Assembly: GCA_013297885.1 (NCBI GenBank)
Contig: JAAFIR010000005.1
Span: 46,507 to 110,506 of the forward strand
DNA length: 64,000 nt
Origin: Leptospirales bacterium
GTDB taxonomy: Bacteria; Spirochaetota; Leptospiria; Leptospirales; Leptospiraceae
Direction: 5' to 3'
Shown in pieces: positions 51,486 through 61,969 of this stretch. The position numbers and the translations under genes were made by a program. Numbering within the stretch: position 1 is the stretch's first letter; every line of letters starts with the position of its first letter. A model generated the notes under the pieces. It was not told the origin of the DNA, ran no database searches, and worked only from the letters and a program-made list of their open reading frames with translations.

Positions 51486-52634
51486 TTATTTAAAACTAGA
51501 AATCAATTTTTTCCACCAGCGTTCATAAGCATTTGGTTCTTGTAAGTCCACAACTTGACCAAATTTTGGAGTGAGCAAATTGATATTTCGCTTTATTGAT
51601 TCTTGTTCAATTCTTTCTGCAGGCTCATACCAAGAGTGAAGGGATAAATCAAACATTCCCCAGTGAACAGGAACAAGTGCTTTACTCTTTAAATCAAAAT
51701 ATGCTTGTGCAGTTTCTTCAGGCATCACATGAACTGCTTTCCAATGTTCTGAATATTGTCCGTTTTCAATAAAGCTTAAATCAAATCCATTAAACTTTTC
51801 TCCAATTTCTTTGAAGTGAACATCATAACCAGAATCTCCGCTATAATAAATTTTTTTCTTTCCAGATGTGATCGAATATGATCCCCAAAGAGTTTTGTTT
51901 TGTGATAGACCTCTTCCTGAAAAATGTTGAGAAGGAGTTAAAAAAATTTCTAGTTCATCTGATATGAAACTTTGCCAATAATCAAGTTCTATAAGTCTAT
52001 CTTCTTCGATTCCCCAATATTTTAGATGAGAAGAAACTCCAAGTGGTGTGATAAATTTTACTTTTTTGTTTTTAAAAAATTTGATTGTGTTTTCGTCTAA
52101 ATGGTCGTAATGATCGTGAGAAATTAAAATATAATCTATTTCAGGAAGTTCTTCTAATTTGATTACAGCGTCTTGAAATCTTTTAATCATAAAACTAAAT
52201 GGTGCTGCAGATTCAGAAAATACCGGATCAAAAAATAAAATTTTTCCATTTAGATTTAGTAAAAATGTAGAATGACCAAACCAAATAAATTTAATTGATT
52301 CTGATTTTTTTGTAAAATACTCTAAGTCTGGTTTTAGTTCTGGAAGTTTTTCTTTTGGTTTTGAATATTTACTACCACCGAAAAAAAATTCTTTCATTGG
52401 TTTCCAAAATCCAGCTTTTTTTTGCATTTCATCAAGAACATTTGGATCTCTATTTACAAATTCTTTTCTTTCTTTATCAAATCGATTTGATTCTGAAATT
52501 TTTTTGAGATGTTCACCAGAAGGATTTTTTCCGAATGCAGAACAATTATTAAAAAAGAAAATTATTCCAATAATTAGGACTAACAAAACAGCAAATAACT
52601 TCATATACATTCTTCCAAATATATATATTTTCAT
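51486..52634 (-). CDS. MBL-fold Zn-dependent hydrolase lipoprotein (NAPE-PLD-like)
   Basis: Lipobox FFNNC. ILISHDHYDHLD HxHxDH-type motif. 382 aa. Confidence 0.7.
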   Translation of the reverse strand: MKIYIFGRMYMKLFAVLLVLIIGIIFFFNNCSAFGKNPSGEHLKKISESNRFDKERKEFVNRDPNVLDEMQKKAGFWKPMKEFFFGGSKYSKPKEKLPELKPDLEYFTKKSESIKFIWFGHSTFLLNLNGKILFFDPVFSESAAPFSFMIKRFQDAVIKLEELPEIDYILISHDHYDHLDENTIKFFKNKKVKFITPLGVSSHLKYWGIEEDRLIELDYWQSFISDELEIFLTPSQHFSGRGLSQNKTLWGSYSITSGKKKIYYSGDSGYDVHFKEIGEKFNGFDLSFIENGQYSEHWKAVHVMPEETAQAYFDLKSKALVPVHWGMFDLSLHSWYEPAERIEQESIKRNINLLTPKFGQVVDLQEPNAYERWWKKLISSFK

Positions 52635-52712
52635 TTATTGAATAGAATTTTTCTTTTTTTGGGCTGTTGAATTTTAGTTTAAAATAAATTTTATTATGAA
52701 TTTATTGTATTT

Positions 52713-53408
52713 GTGCATACACATGATCTAAATAAAGAATTTAATTTTATAATTAAAAATATAATTTCTCCAATATATTCATTAGAAGGGTTTAAAAAAT
52801 CTGGAAATAATTTTTATAGAGTAATTAATCAAATAGGACAAGCCTTTGGAATAGGGCAAAGCCAATGGAATACAAAGGATGAAAAAAAATTTTGGTTTGA
52901 AATAGGTTTAATTGATTCTGAATCCTATACCGAAATTTATAATAAACCAATTCCTAAATTTCCAAAATCTTATCAATGTAATATCAGGTTTAGATTTCCT
53001 GAAGAATATAATTTATCTCAAAATGATACTGATTTCCAACAAATTCAAAAAAAAATAAAAATGGATATAGAAGAAGAAATAATTCCATATTATAAAAAAT
53101 ACTCTAATTTTGAAACTTTAATTGAAATTTTTGAAGATCAAAAAGAAATTTTTACTAATCCAATAGTTAAATTTATGATTCTGGAAAGAATAAACCAAAA
53201 AGAAAAAGCTCAAATATTTTGGAATAAGCTTTATAACAAGTCATTGCAAGATAAAGAAAAAATTCTTTTGAATAAATCCAAATTTTCGGAATCTGAATTA
53301 CAGTCGATTTCAGATTCGATTAAGTGGTATTCTGATTTTGCAAAAAAGAAAAATATAGAATTAAAAATAGATAAGAAAAATTTCATCAAAAAAATTTTTA
53401 ATCTCTAA
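52713..53408 (+). CDS. hypothetical protein, DUF4304-like
   Basis: N-terminal EGFKKSGNNFYRV...FWFEIGL resembles the DUF4304 signature (KGFKKKGNNFYR). 231 aa, no signal peptide. Confidence 0.4.
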   Translation: MHTHDLNKEFNFIIKNIISPIYSLEGFKKSGNNFYRVINQIGQAFGIGQSQWNTKDEKKFWFEIGLIDSESYTEIYNKPIPKFPKSYQCNIRFRFPEEYNLSQNDTDFQQIQKKIKMDIEEEIIPYYKKYSNFETLIEIFEDQKEIFTNPIVKFMILERINQKEKAQIFWNKLYNKSLQDKEKILLNKSKFSESELQSISDSIKWYSDFAKKKNIELKIDKKNFIKKIFNL

Positions 53409-53510
53409 CAAAAAAAAATCATTCACAGCACAAATCAGTTTCCAAAGTTGAACTTGTATATTTTGCATCTAGTCTTGGCTTGAACTTAAAGGGTAATTTT
53501 TTATTAGCTA
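53385..53510. repeat. direct repeat R1 (~120 bp) = A/T leader aaaaatttttaatctctaacaaaaaaaa + gene 3' fragment
   Basis: Aligns along its length with 54255-54375, with shared blocks including ttgtatattttgca and agtcttgg. Confidence 0.6.
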
Positions 53511-53556
53511 AATGGTTTCTTTGAGTGATTGAGTTTTCAGGAAATTCTAATTGATT
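53419..53556 (-). pseudogene. 3'-terminal gene fragment paralogous to the C-terminus of the 54286-55635 protein
   Basis: Minus-strand translation ...ENSITQRNHLANKKLPFKFKPRLDAKYTSSTLETDLCCE* aligns with ...KNNTLYKQIKGKFQKIPIKFTPRLGAKYTRHTLNGDVWYE*. An in-frame stop lies 46 codons upstream. Confidence 0.55.
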
Positions 53557-53608
53557 TTATTCTGTCTCAAAATTACATTATAGTGAGATTGCTAATCAAA
53601 GGATATAC

Positions 53609-53800
53609 ATGAAAATCATCGGAACTAAAAAAATCCGTTCAGCTTTGGAAAACCATTTAGCCCAGAATAAATTAATTCAGGAGCTTGAAAAAGTTCGTCC
53701 ATTTAAAAAAAAGAAAGGACTCATTTTAAAATTTAAAACTTGGGAAGAATTAAACATGTTTAACTTGAAAAGAAGAATAGATTTCGTTGAATCCAAATGA
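53609..53800 (+). CDS. small basic hypothetical protein (63 aa), overlaps downstream NTase gene by 14 bp
   Basis: ORF with GGATATACATG RBS-like upstream. No motif recognised. Confidence 0.3.
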   Translation: MKIIGTKKIRSALENHLAQNKLIQELEKVRPFKKKKGLILKFKTWEELNMFNLKRRIDFVESK

Positions 53801-54254
53801 TAGTTTAGCCCTAGTATGTTTTTTATTATTAAAACATGATATAAAATTTGTAATTATTGGTGCAAGAGCCTGTGCAATACATGGCTATGTGAGGGCTACA
53901 GAAGATATTGATGTTCTCATCCAAAAAGATAAACAAAACCTAGAAAAAGCAATTCAGTTTGTTAAGGAGCTATATCCTCATTTACAAAATGAACTAACAG
54001 CAGAAGATTTCTATTCCAATATAGTAATCAAAATTTTAGACGAACCAGAATTGGATCTAATGATTAGTGCATGGTCACTTACTTATGAAGAAGCAGAAAA
54101 AGACATTTGTAAAATAATTTTAGAAGGTGTTGAGATTCCCTACCTTGGACTTGCTTCTCTTATAAAAAGCAAAGAAACTGAAAGGGAACAGGATAAATGG
54201 GATATAAAAGTTTTAAAGGAACTATTAGAAAAACAATCGAAACATCAATTATAA
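53787..54254 (+). CDS. minimal nucleotidyltransferase-fold protein (pol-beta superfamily)
   Basis: IIGARACAIHGYVRATEDIDVLI fits the NTase hG[GS/A]x9-13DxD signature. 155 aa. Confidence 0.5.
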   Translation: MNPNDSLALVCFLLLKHDIKFVIIGARACAIHGYVRATEDIDVLIQKDKQNLEKAIQFVKELYPHLQNELTAEDFYSNIVIKILDEPELDLMISAWSLTYEEAEKDICKIILEGVEIPYLGLASLIKSKETEREQDKWDIKVLKELLEKQSKHQL

Positions 54255-54375
54255 CAAAAAATTTTTAATCTCTAACAAAAAAAATTCACTCATACCACAC
54301 ATCACCATTTAATGTATGTCTTGTATATTTTGCACCAAGTCTTGGAGTAAACTTAATAGGAATTTTTTGGAATTT
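54255..54375. repeat. direct repeat R2 (partner of R1); overlaps 3' end of 54286-55635 gene
   Basis: See R1 at 53385-53510. Confidence 0.6.
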
Positions 54376-55635
54376 CCCTTTAATTTGTTTGTACAATGTA
54401 TTATTTTTTACTAAGTAAGTAGCAATCAATTTTTTCTTTTTATTTTTTACTTCAAATAAATCTAGTTTGTTTTTTTGAATTTTATAAAACTCATTAGTTT
54501 TTTCTTCTTCTTCATCATATTTTGAAGATGATAAAAAAAAGTTATGCTGTAAAATTCCTTTTTTTGTAAAAAATAAAAAAGTAAAATCGTAAGCCATTCC
54601 TCCTCTAAAAGGTTCTTTAAATACAAATACAGGATATTCAGTTTGTGGTAAGTCAAGTTTTTCAAATTTTGTATCTCCAGATATATGACTGTCCACTATT
54701 TTTCCATTTTTGATAAATACAAGTGCTTGTATTTGGTAATAGCCCCCATCGTATTTACTTGATCTATTAAATGTTATAGTTGGATTTTCAAATTCCATAT
54801 GAATAATTTTTAAATCTTTGTGAGGATAAATTTTATAGCTTAATTTTGAAAAATCGATTCCGCTTTGTATTCCTTTATACAAAATTTGTTTTAATAATTT
54901 TTTATCTTTATGTTTTGAGTTTTTTAAAGTGTATTCAGAATATTCAGTATAAGTAAATAATTTTGATCTTTCTACTAAATAAAGATTAGTAATATTTTCT
55001 GAATAATCTTTATCATTAATTTTTTCTGTAGTTAACGAATAATAAATTTTATTTTTATATTTTAAATGATAAAAAACATCATAAAATCCTTTTTTCAAAA
55101 TTTTTTTTGTTTTATATACTCTTCCTGTTTTATATTGAAATAATTGTACTTTTTTATCTGTTTTTACAAATGAATTTTCTATTTTAGTGAAATTTATCTT
55201 TAAATTTTCTTTTAAATTATTTTCTGATAAATCAGATATAACAGAATTTTGATTTTTACTAATAAAATAAATTTTATTTTCAAATTCAAATGCAAACCAA
55301 GAATCAGATTGAAATTGAATTTGATAAATTTTTTTGGGTTTTAATTTAATTGATTTTTCATCTAAAAAAGGTTTTTCAAATATTTTCACTGTTTCATATG
55401 TATAAAAATATTCTTTTGAGAATAAAAATTTTTCAACTCCTGAATTTGGAATTTCATATTCAATTTCTTCTTTAGTAAAATGATTATTCTCGTTTAACTC
55501 TAATTTATCTTTGTATTTAAAAATGAGTTCAGATGTTTTGTCTTGAGAATAAACTTTTATTCCATTTGGATTGGTAACAAAAAGTAAACTCTTTGCAAAT
55601 AAATTAAAACTAAGTAGTATTAAAAAATATTTCAT
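54286..55635 (-). CDS. hypothetical secreted protein (449 aa)
   Basis: Signal peptide MKYFLILLSFNLFAKS. No motif recognised. Confidence 0.4.
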   Translation of the reverse strand: MKYFLILLSFNLFAKSLLFVTNPNGIKVYSQDKTSELIFKYKDKLELNENNHFTKEEIEYEIPNSGVEKFLFSKEYFYTYETVKIFEKPFLDEKSIKLKPKKIYQIQFQSDSWFAFEFENKIYFISKNQNSVISDLSENNLKENLKINFTKIENSFVKTDKKVQLFQYKTGRVYKTKKILKKGFYDVFYHLKYKNKIYYSLTTEKINDKDYSENITNLYLVERSKLFTYTEYSEYTLKNSKHKDKKLLKQILYKGIQSGIDFSKLSYKIYPHKDLKIIHMEFENPTITFNRSSKYDGGYYQIQALVFIKNGKIVDSHISGDTKFEKLDLPQTEYPVFVFKEPFRGGMAYDFTFLFFTKKGILQHNFFLSSSKYDEEEEKTNEFYKIQKNKLDLFEVKNKKKKLIATYLVKNNTLYKQIKGKFQKIPIKFTPRLGAKYTRHTLNGDVWYE

Positions 55636-55656
55636 ATCTGTCTAATTTTTCAATAA

Positions 55657-55760
55657 AAGCGAAAGTGATTGAAGCGGAAATCCTTTTACTTTTTTTAATA
55701 GATGTTTGGTAAGAGGAGGTCTGTAAAAGATTGTAGCAGAAAGCACGGTCAACCCCTTTT
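55657..55760. repeat. GC-rich mosaic repeat, family 1 copy B
   Basis: gcgaaagtgattgaagcggaaatcctttt ... aaaagattgtagcagaaagcacggtcaaccc. Confidence 0.6.
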
Positions 55761-55950
55761 AACATTCACTTTATGGATCAAAATGAAATTGGGGTTGATT
55801 CGCCAAAAAAAATGATCTTTCAACATAAGAAAATTTTCAAAATATTGATTTTATTGAATTAATTGAGTTTTGAAAAAAAATAATTTATTTAGTAAATTTA
55901 TTATTGAAAAAGAAAATAAATTATTTCTAATTGTAAAAGAGGAGTCGTAA

Positions 55951-56376
55951 ATGAAAAATCATATTTATATGTTAAGAAAAAAAAGAGCGATAAAACAATA
56001 TGATATGGCAAGAGCTTTATCTGTATCACCAAGTTATTTGTCAAAGATTGAAACTTGCAGCCAAGAACCAACAGAAAAGTTTAAAATTAATGCTTCAAAA
56101 TATTTGAAAACTACTGTTGAAAAACTTTTTAATGATGAGACTGTTGAAGAAGTTTTTCCTGAATTTAGTGCAGGGCTCACAAACAAACTTTGGGCAATGA
56201 GACGAGAACAAGGAATTAAACAATACGATATGGCAAAAAAATTAAAAGTTTCAACTCCTTTTTTATCAAAAGTTGAACTTGGACTACTTGAACCTAGCGA
56301 TGAATTTAAAGATCTTGCATCTAAATTATTTAAAGTAGAAACAGAAGCCTTATTCTTAGCTAAAATAGCTGAATAG
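55951..56376 (+). CDS. transcriptional regulator with two tandem XRE-family HTH domains
   Basis: Two homologous halves (IKQYDMARALSVSPSYLSKIE... and IKQYDMAKKLKVSTPFLSKVE...), each a Cro/C1-type HTH. Confidence 0.7.
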   Translation: MKNHIYMLRKKRAIKQYDMARALSVSPSYLSKIETCSQEPTEKFKINASKYLKTTVEKLFNDETVEEVFPEFSAGLTNKLWAMRREQGIKQYDMAKKLKVSTPFLSKVELGLLEPSDEFKDLASKLFKVETEALFLAKIAE

Positions 56377-56519
56377 AAAATAGAAGTTAGAGGATGGGGG
56401 TTAGAAATTTTACATCTAAATTTTTTAAAGAGATTTCTCCTCCTCTTCACTTTCTCTTATTAGCTTGAAAAAAAAAATTTATATAGTTTCACGATATAAA
56501 TTATCTTAGAACTCTCAAA

Positions 56520-57725
56520 TTGAAAAAATTTATTTTATTTTTTTTATTCTTACTACAAATTTTTATTTTTACAAAATCAAAAGTATTTAACCAAAATGAT
56601 TCAATTTGGAATTCATTTGTTTCTTTAAGTATAGTGAAACATTTTGATTTTAATTTAAACGAATATCATTTGATTTTAAAAAAAACAGAATATATTAATT
56701 TAGTAAAAAAAAATAATCAATATTATAATTATTATCCATTTGGAATTTCTATTTTAGTGACTCCTTTTTTATACTTTGCAAATTTATTTGATTCTGATTT
56801 AGAATCTAAAATGGAACAAAAAAGTATTAAATTGGATAAATTGATTTCAGCTATTTTAATTTCTTTTTCTTCTATTTTATTTTTTTTAATTTGTTTTGAA
56901 ATCACTTCTTCTAATTTAAAATCTTTATTTTTATTATTTTTATTTTCATTTTGTACTTTAAATTTTTCTGTTTTAACAAGAGGGCTTTGGCAACACACTG
57001 GTTTGATTTTTTTATATTCAATTTTATTTTATTTAATATTAAAAGAAAAAAATTTATTTTTAATTTCTATAATTTTATTTTGCTCTTATGCAGTTCGTCC
57101 AACTTCATTATTGTATTTAATTTTTATTTCAGTGTTTTTAGTATTTAAATTTAAAAAAATAAATTTTCTTTTTCTAGGTTTTATTGTTTTAGGAATTAAT
57201 TTTTATTTAAATTTTGAAATTTTTGGCAATTTTATTCATCCTTATTATGATTTTAATAAAGTTTCAAAATCTGATAGGTTTATGGAAGCTTTTTTGGGAA
57301 ATTTAATTAGTCCTTCTCGTGGAATATTTATTTATTCACCTATTTTTTTATTTAGTTTCATAGGAATTTATTTTAAAAAGAAATTTGAATTTTTAAATTT
57401 ATTTGATTATTCTTTAATTTTGATATCAATATCTCATTTAATTTTGATTTCAAGAAATTTAAATTGGTGGGGTGGACATTCATTTGGTTATAGACTAATG
57501 TCAGATTTAATTCCAGTTTTTATTTATTTTTTAATATATTATTTAAAATATGTAAAAATAAATTTTTTATTTTTTTTATTTAGTGTTCTGACTTTAATTT
57601 CATTAGGAATTAATTTAAATGGTGCGAATAATATGAATACCTACTTATGGAATTTAAGTCCAAATAATATTGATTCCAACCCAGAAAGGAATTGGGACTA
57701 TAAAGATTTACAGTTTCTTAAATAG
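56520..57725 (+). CDS. polytopic membrane protein (401 aa), GT-C-like fold suspected
   Basis: About 11 TM helices. Extremely AT/Phe/Ile-rich. TTG start. No specific motif recognised. Confidence 0.35.
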   Translation: MKKFILFFLFLLQIFIFTKSKVFNQNDSIWNSFVSLSIVKHFDFNLNEYHLILKKTEYINLVKKNNQYYNYYPFGISILVTPFLYFANLFDSDLESKMEQKSIKLDKLISAILISFSSILFFLICFEITSSNLKSLFLLFLFSFCTLNFSVLTRGLWQHTGLIFLYSILFYLILKEKNLFLISIILFCSYAVRPTSLLYLIFISVFLVFKFKKINFLFLGFIVLGINFYLNFEIFGNFIHPYYDFNKVSKSDRFMEAFLGNLISPSRGIFIYSPIFLFSFIGIYFKKKFEFLNLFDYSLILISISHLILISRNLNWWGGHSFGYRLMSDLIPVFIYFLIYYLKYVKINFLFFLFSVLTLISLGINLNGANNMNTYLWNLSPNNIDSNPERNWDYKDLQFLK

Positions 57726-58899
57726 ATTTAATTATAGTAGCTATTCCTTGACCCACTCCAATACACATTGATGATATTCCATATTCAAGACTATTTAATT
57801 TTAGCTCATTGGCCAAATTTAAAATCATTCTTGTTCCACTTGCTCCTAGTGGATGACCAATTGAAATTCCACCACCGTTTATATTTACTTTTTCTATATC
57901 TAAATCTAATTTTTTAACAGTTCCAAGTGTCATTGCTGCAAATGCCTCGGAAATTTCAAAAAGTGAAATATCTTTTAAATTTAAATTTGTTTGTTTTAAA
58001 ATTTTTTCGATTGCATAAACTGGTCCAACTCCCAAAAATTTTGGGTCAATTCCAACAACTGAAGTTGCAAAAATTTCTGCAATTGGTTTGTATCCATTTG
58101 CCAACGCAAACTCTTTTTCCATTAAAACTAAAATAGCAGATCCGTCATTTATTCCCGAAGAATTTCCAGCAGTAACTGTCCCGTTTTTTTTAAATAAAGG
58201 TGTCAGTTTTTCTAAATTTTCTAAAGAAATATCTTCTCTTATGTGTTCATCAAAATCTAAAATTAATTTTTCATTTTCAAAAATTGAAATAATTTCTTTT
58301 TTAAATTTAGATTTTGCTTCAATTGCTTTTTTATGAGAATTAAATGAAAATAGATCTTGTTCCGATTTTGAAATAGAAAATTCTTCCGAAATAATTTCAG
58401 CAGATTCACCTAGTGAATAGATTGGATACAATTTATTTAGTTTTGGATTTTCAAACCTCCAACCTATGGTGCTATCAATTAACTTATGTTCACCTCTATC
58501 AAAATCATTTTCAGGTTTTAACATAACCCATGGAGCCCTAGTCATACTTTCAACTCCACCAGCTAATACTAATTTTGCTCTACCTGTTTCGATTAAAAAA
58601 GTTCCGTAATGAATTGCTTCTTGTCCAGATCCACAAAGTCTATTTAAGGTAACAGCAGGAACAGTTGGAGAAATTCCTGAAAGTAATAAAGACATTCTTG
58701 CGATATTTCTGTTGTCTTCACCAGCTTGGTTTGCACAACCAAGCACTACTTCATCAATTTCAAGTTTATTAAGTTCCAATTCGTCAATTAAATTTTTTAG
58801 AACAATTGATGCTAAATCATCTGGTCTAATTTTTTTTAAACTTCCTTTGTATTTTCCAAATGGAGTTCTTTTCCCAGATACAATCACTGCTTTTTTCAT
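57718..58899 (-). CDS. acetyl-CoA C-acetyltransferase (thiolase II)
   Basis: N-terminal MKKAVIVSGKRTPFGKYKGSL, active-site Cys (LNRLCGSGQEA), C-terminal catalytic His/Cys (NINGGGISIGHPLGASG; CIGVGQG). Confidence 0.9.
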   Translation of the reverse strand: MKKAVIVSGKRTPFGKYKGSLKKIRPDDLASIVLKNLIDELELNKLEIDEVVLGCANQAGEDNRNIARMSLLLSGISPTVPAVTLNRLCGSGQEAIHYGTFLIETGRAKLVLAGGVESMTRAPWVMLKPENDFDRGEHKLIDSTIGWRFENPKLNKLYPIYSLGESAEIISEEFSISKSEQDLFSFNSHKKAIEAKSKFKKEIISIFENEKLILDFDEHIREDISLENLEKLTPLFKKNGTVTAGNSSGINDGSAILVLMEKEFALANGYKPIAEIFATSVVGIDPKFLGVGPVYAIEKILKQTNLNLKDISLFEISEAFAAMTLGTVKKLDLDIEKVNINGGGISIGHPLGASGTRMILNLANELKLNSLEYGISSMCIGVGQGIATIIKSI

Positions 58900-58901
58900 A
58901 A

Positions 58902-59804
58902 TTAAAACCTTTTTCCAATACTAATTTTTGGACCATAAGAAATCATTTCATCATTTTCAGTATCAAATCTTATATAGTTAAATCCAAATTTTACATGAAA
59001 CATTTCTGAAAAAAATCTTTGATAACCTGCTTCAAAAGAATATCCAACCACAAAATTTCTTTTAGTAATTTTATAATCCTCTATTAAATTGACGAGTCCT
59101 ATATTTGGACCAAATTGAAAATAAATAAAATGAGTATTAAAAATTTCTTTTTTAAAATTAGCATAATAATTCAATCCAAATAACATTACACTATTTTTAT
59201 AATCTCTACCAGAATGAAAAAAAAAATCTAAACCAGTTTGAATCATTTTAAATCTTAAAATTTCAGGTTCTATATAACCACCAAAAATTATAGAATTTTT
59301 ATGAATTACATTACTTCCTTCTAAAATTTCATTTACAAAAAATTGTTTTTGGTTTTTAAAAACACTTAAATAAAACCCAAATTCATTTTTAAATATTTTA
59401 TCTTTTTTTTTTTCTACTAAATATATATCTGGAATAGTGGCAAATTCTTCTGTTCCTCTTTGGATTTTAATTATAGATGTTTTTGGAACTGCTACAGATT
59501 CTTCAGAATTTTCAATTATTATCGAAGAAACATCTTCTGCAATAATTCTTCCTTGTACAATATTTCCATCAGGCAATAATATTTTTGAAATTGAATAAGA
59601 TTCAAATTTAGGTTCAATATCTTTATTTAAAAATAGAATTTCTTCTTTAGGAATTTTGTAAACATCACCTTTAAATTTGACTCTAACAAATTCTTCATCT
59701 TCTGCAATTATATCACAACTAAAAACTTTTTCTGATTTTAAAACAATTTCTCCACTAAAAATCTCAATTGTAATTGTAAATACTAATAGAAGTTTAAGTA
59801 ACAA
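58902..59804 (-). CDS. putative outer-membrane beta-barrel protein (300 aa)
   Basis: Signal-like N-terminus, amphipathic beta pattern, C-terminal Phe (GKRF). Tightly packed between tyrS and the thiolase gene. Confidence 0.4.
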   Translation of the reverse strand: MLLKLLLVFTITIEIFSGEIVLKSEKVFSCDIIAEDEEFVRVKFKGDVYKIPKEEILFLNKDIEPKFESYSISKILLPDGNIVQGRIIAEDVSSIIIENSEESVAVPKTSIIKIQRGTEEFATIPDIYLVEKKKDKIFKNEFGFYLSVFKNQKQFFVNEILEGSNVIHKNSIIFGGYIEPEILRFKMIQTGLDFFFHSGRDYKNSVMLFGLNYYANFKKEIFNTHFIYFQFGPNIGLVNLIEDYKITKRNFVVGYSFEAGYQRFFSEMFHVKFGFNYIRFDTENDEMISYGPKISIGKRF

Positions 59805-61005
59805 GTTTAATAAATTGTCCTTTTTTTCCTTTTCGAATTAAATATTCTTTTTCTTTCTCTAACTCAAATTTTTCATCAGCAACTTTTTCTTCGTTTAAAT
59901 AAATTCCACCTGATTTAATTAATCTTCTGCCCTCAGATGTGCTTTCAATAAATTTTAATTTAGTTAAAACTTGAACTAATTGATTTTGTTTTGAAGAAAA
60001 AATGTCTTCATCCAATTGATGAGTTTCTACAGTTTCAGGTATTGAACGATTCTTTGAATTATGAATTTTGTTCCATTCTTCGATGCTAAATTCAACTTCA
60101 TCTTTAGAATGAAATTGAATCATGATTTCTTTAGCTAAATTTGTTTTTATTTCTTTTGGATGAGCTGATTTATTTGAAATTGCTTCTTTAAAATTATCAA
60201 TTTCTATTTTATTAATGTCAGTTAGTAGTTCAAAATAATTCCACATTAATGAATCTGAAATGGACATTATTTTTCCAAACATATCAATTGGCTTATCTAA
60301 AAAGCCAATATAATTTCCAAGTGACTTTGACATTTTTTTCACACCATCTAAACCAACTAAAAGTGGAAGTGTAATTACAACTTGTGGAGTTTTTCCATAA
60401 TCTCTTTGAAGTTCACGACCAACAAGTAAATTAAATTTTTGATCAGTTCCTCCAAGTTCAACATCTGATTCCATAGCTACAGAATCGTATCCTTGGAATA
60501 ATGGATACATAAATTCTAAAATTGAAATTGGATTTCCTGATTTAAATCTTTTTGAAAAATCATCACGTTCTAAAATTCTTGCCACATTGTATTTTGAAGT
60601 TAAAACCAAAACTTCTTCAATAGACATTTTACTACACCAAGTAGAATTAAATTCAATTTTTGTTTTTTCTTTATCAAGAATTTTGAATACTTGTGATTTA
60701 TATGTTTCTGCGTTTTTTTGAACATCTTCACTAGTGAGTCTTTTTCTTGTTTCGGATTTTCCAGTTGGGTCACCAATCATTCCTGTAAAATCACCAATCA
60801 TAAATCTGACATCATGACCAAGAGTTTGGAAATGTTTCATTTTTCTTAACAAAACAGCATGACCTAAATGTAGATCAGGAGCGGTTGGATCAAAACCAGC
60901 TTTAATAATTAAAGATTTTTTTTCTGTAAGTTTTTTTTTTAATTCTTCAAGAGGTATTATTTCAACTGTTCCTCTTTTAATTAATTCAATTGAAACTTCA
61001 TCCAT
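59794..61005 (-). CDS. tyrS: tyrosine--tRNA ligase
   Basis: HIGH motif (DLHLGHAV), KMSKS (KMSKSLGN), C-terminal S4 domain. Confidence 0.95.
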   Translation of the reverse strand: MDEVSIELIKRGTVEIIPLEELKKKLTEKKSLIIKAGFDPTAPDLHLGHAVLLRKMKHFQTLGHDVRFMIGDFTGMIGDPTGKSETRKRLTSEDVQKNAETYKSQVFKILDKEKTKIEFNSTWCSKMSIEEVLVLTSKYNVARILERDDFSKRFKSGNPISILEFMYPLFQGYDSVAMESDVELGGTDQKFNLLVGRELQRDYGKTPQVVITLPLLVGLDGVKKMSKSLGNYIGFLDKPIDMFGKIMSISDSLMWNYFELLTDINKIEIDNFKEAISNKSAHPKEIKTNLAKEIMIQFHSKDEVEFSIEEWNKIHNSKNRSIPETVETHQLDEDIFSSKQNQLVQVLTKLKFIESTSEGRRLIKSGGIYLNEEKVADEKFELEKEKEYLIRKGKKGQFIKLVT

Positions 61006-61044
61006 AAATTTATGTTTTTTAAATAAGCTAAAGATTCAAATAAA

Positions 61045-61887
61045 TTATTTTGCTAAATCATCTAATTTCTTTTTTAAATCACTGTTTTCTTGAATTAATT
61101 CTCTAATTTCTTTATCAGTAAATTCAAAAATTTTATCTTGTGCTTTAATTATTTTTTGCATATTAATTTCTTCTATTCTTGAAAATTGTAATGCTTTTTC
61201 TGTTGCATCTTTAAAAGCTATTGCTTCTTTTAGCTCTTCTTCCCGAAGTTTATTTAATCTTTCAGTTGCTTTTAAAGTATCAACTAATAAAATCATTTCA
61301 GTGCCTTTTAACTCTTCAACTCGATTCATTGCTTTGCCAATTTCATCTCGATTAGTTTTATTTTGTTTTTCATAATCTAAAATTAATTCAAAAGCTTTTA
61401 ATGTATCTTTACTATCTCGATTTTCTTTATTAGCAAGTTGGAATAGTCCCTCATAAAAACCAATGTTTGCAAGACAAGCATGCCCAATTTCAAAAACAGA
61501 TTTTTTATAAAATTCAGCTTGTATTGTTTTATCTAGTAATTGTTTTAACTCATTTGGTTTTACTTTTTCAATGAACAAAGTATTGTTTGAAAATTTCCCA
61601 AAATCAGATTCATTAAATTCAAATCCTGTAAAAATCATTAGTGAAATTTCAGAAACTGATTGAATCATTTTAATTAGAAAACTTTTTTTCTCTTTATAGT
61701 CTGTTTCTGAAATATCAAAAAATAAAACATTAATTGAATCTTTGTTAAAATTGATTGATTCAATTTCATTAATAGAAAGTTTTTTAAGTTCTAATTCAAA
61801 TTTTGGATGTTTCCAAATCTCTACGGGAAAGTTTTTATTTTGGGAGATATTCCATATCACAGTGGCAGTCATATTTCTTATATACAA
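61045..61887 (-). CDS. hypothetical protein with C-terminal coiled coil (280 aa)
   Basis: ORF only. Confidence 0.3.
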   Translation of the reverse strand: MYIRNMTATVIWNISQNKNFPVEIWKHPKFELELKKLSINEIESINFNKDSINVLFFDISETDYKEKKSFLIKMIQSVSEISLMIFTGFEFNESDFGKFSNNTLFIEKVKPNELKQLLDKTIQAEFYKKSVFEIGHACLANIGFYEGLFQLANKENRDSKDTLKAFELILDYEKQNKTNRDEIGKAMNRVEELKGTEMILLVDTLKATERLNKLREEELKEAIAFKDATEKALQFSRIEEINMQKIIKAQDKIFEFTDKEIRELIQENSDLKKKLDDLAK

Positions 61888-61969
61888 TAACTATTAAATA
61901 TTTAAAGTCTTTTTTTATTTTTTAAATATTGCTTGTTCAAAATTTTTGTAAATTTAATTTAACTTTGAT

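Noticed and set aside
53609-54254. Possibility that the 63-aa ORF and the NTase ORF are one gene split by a frameshift.
   Set aside because: The NTase GS...DxD motif sits about 25 residues from its own Met, as in intact minimal NTases. The 63-aa peptide has no NTase-like features, so two genes is more likely.
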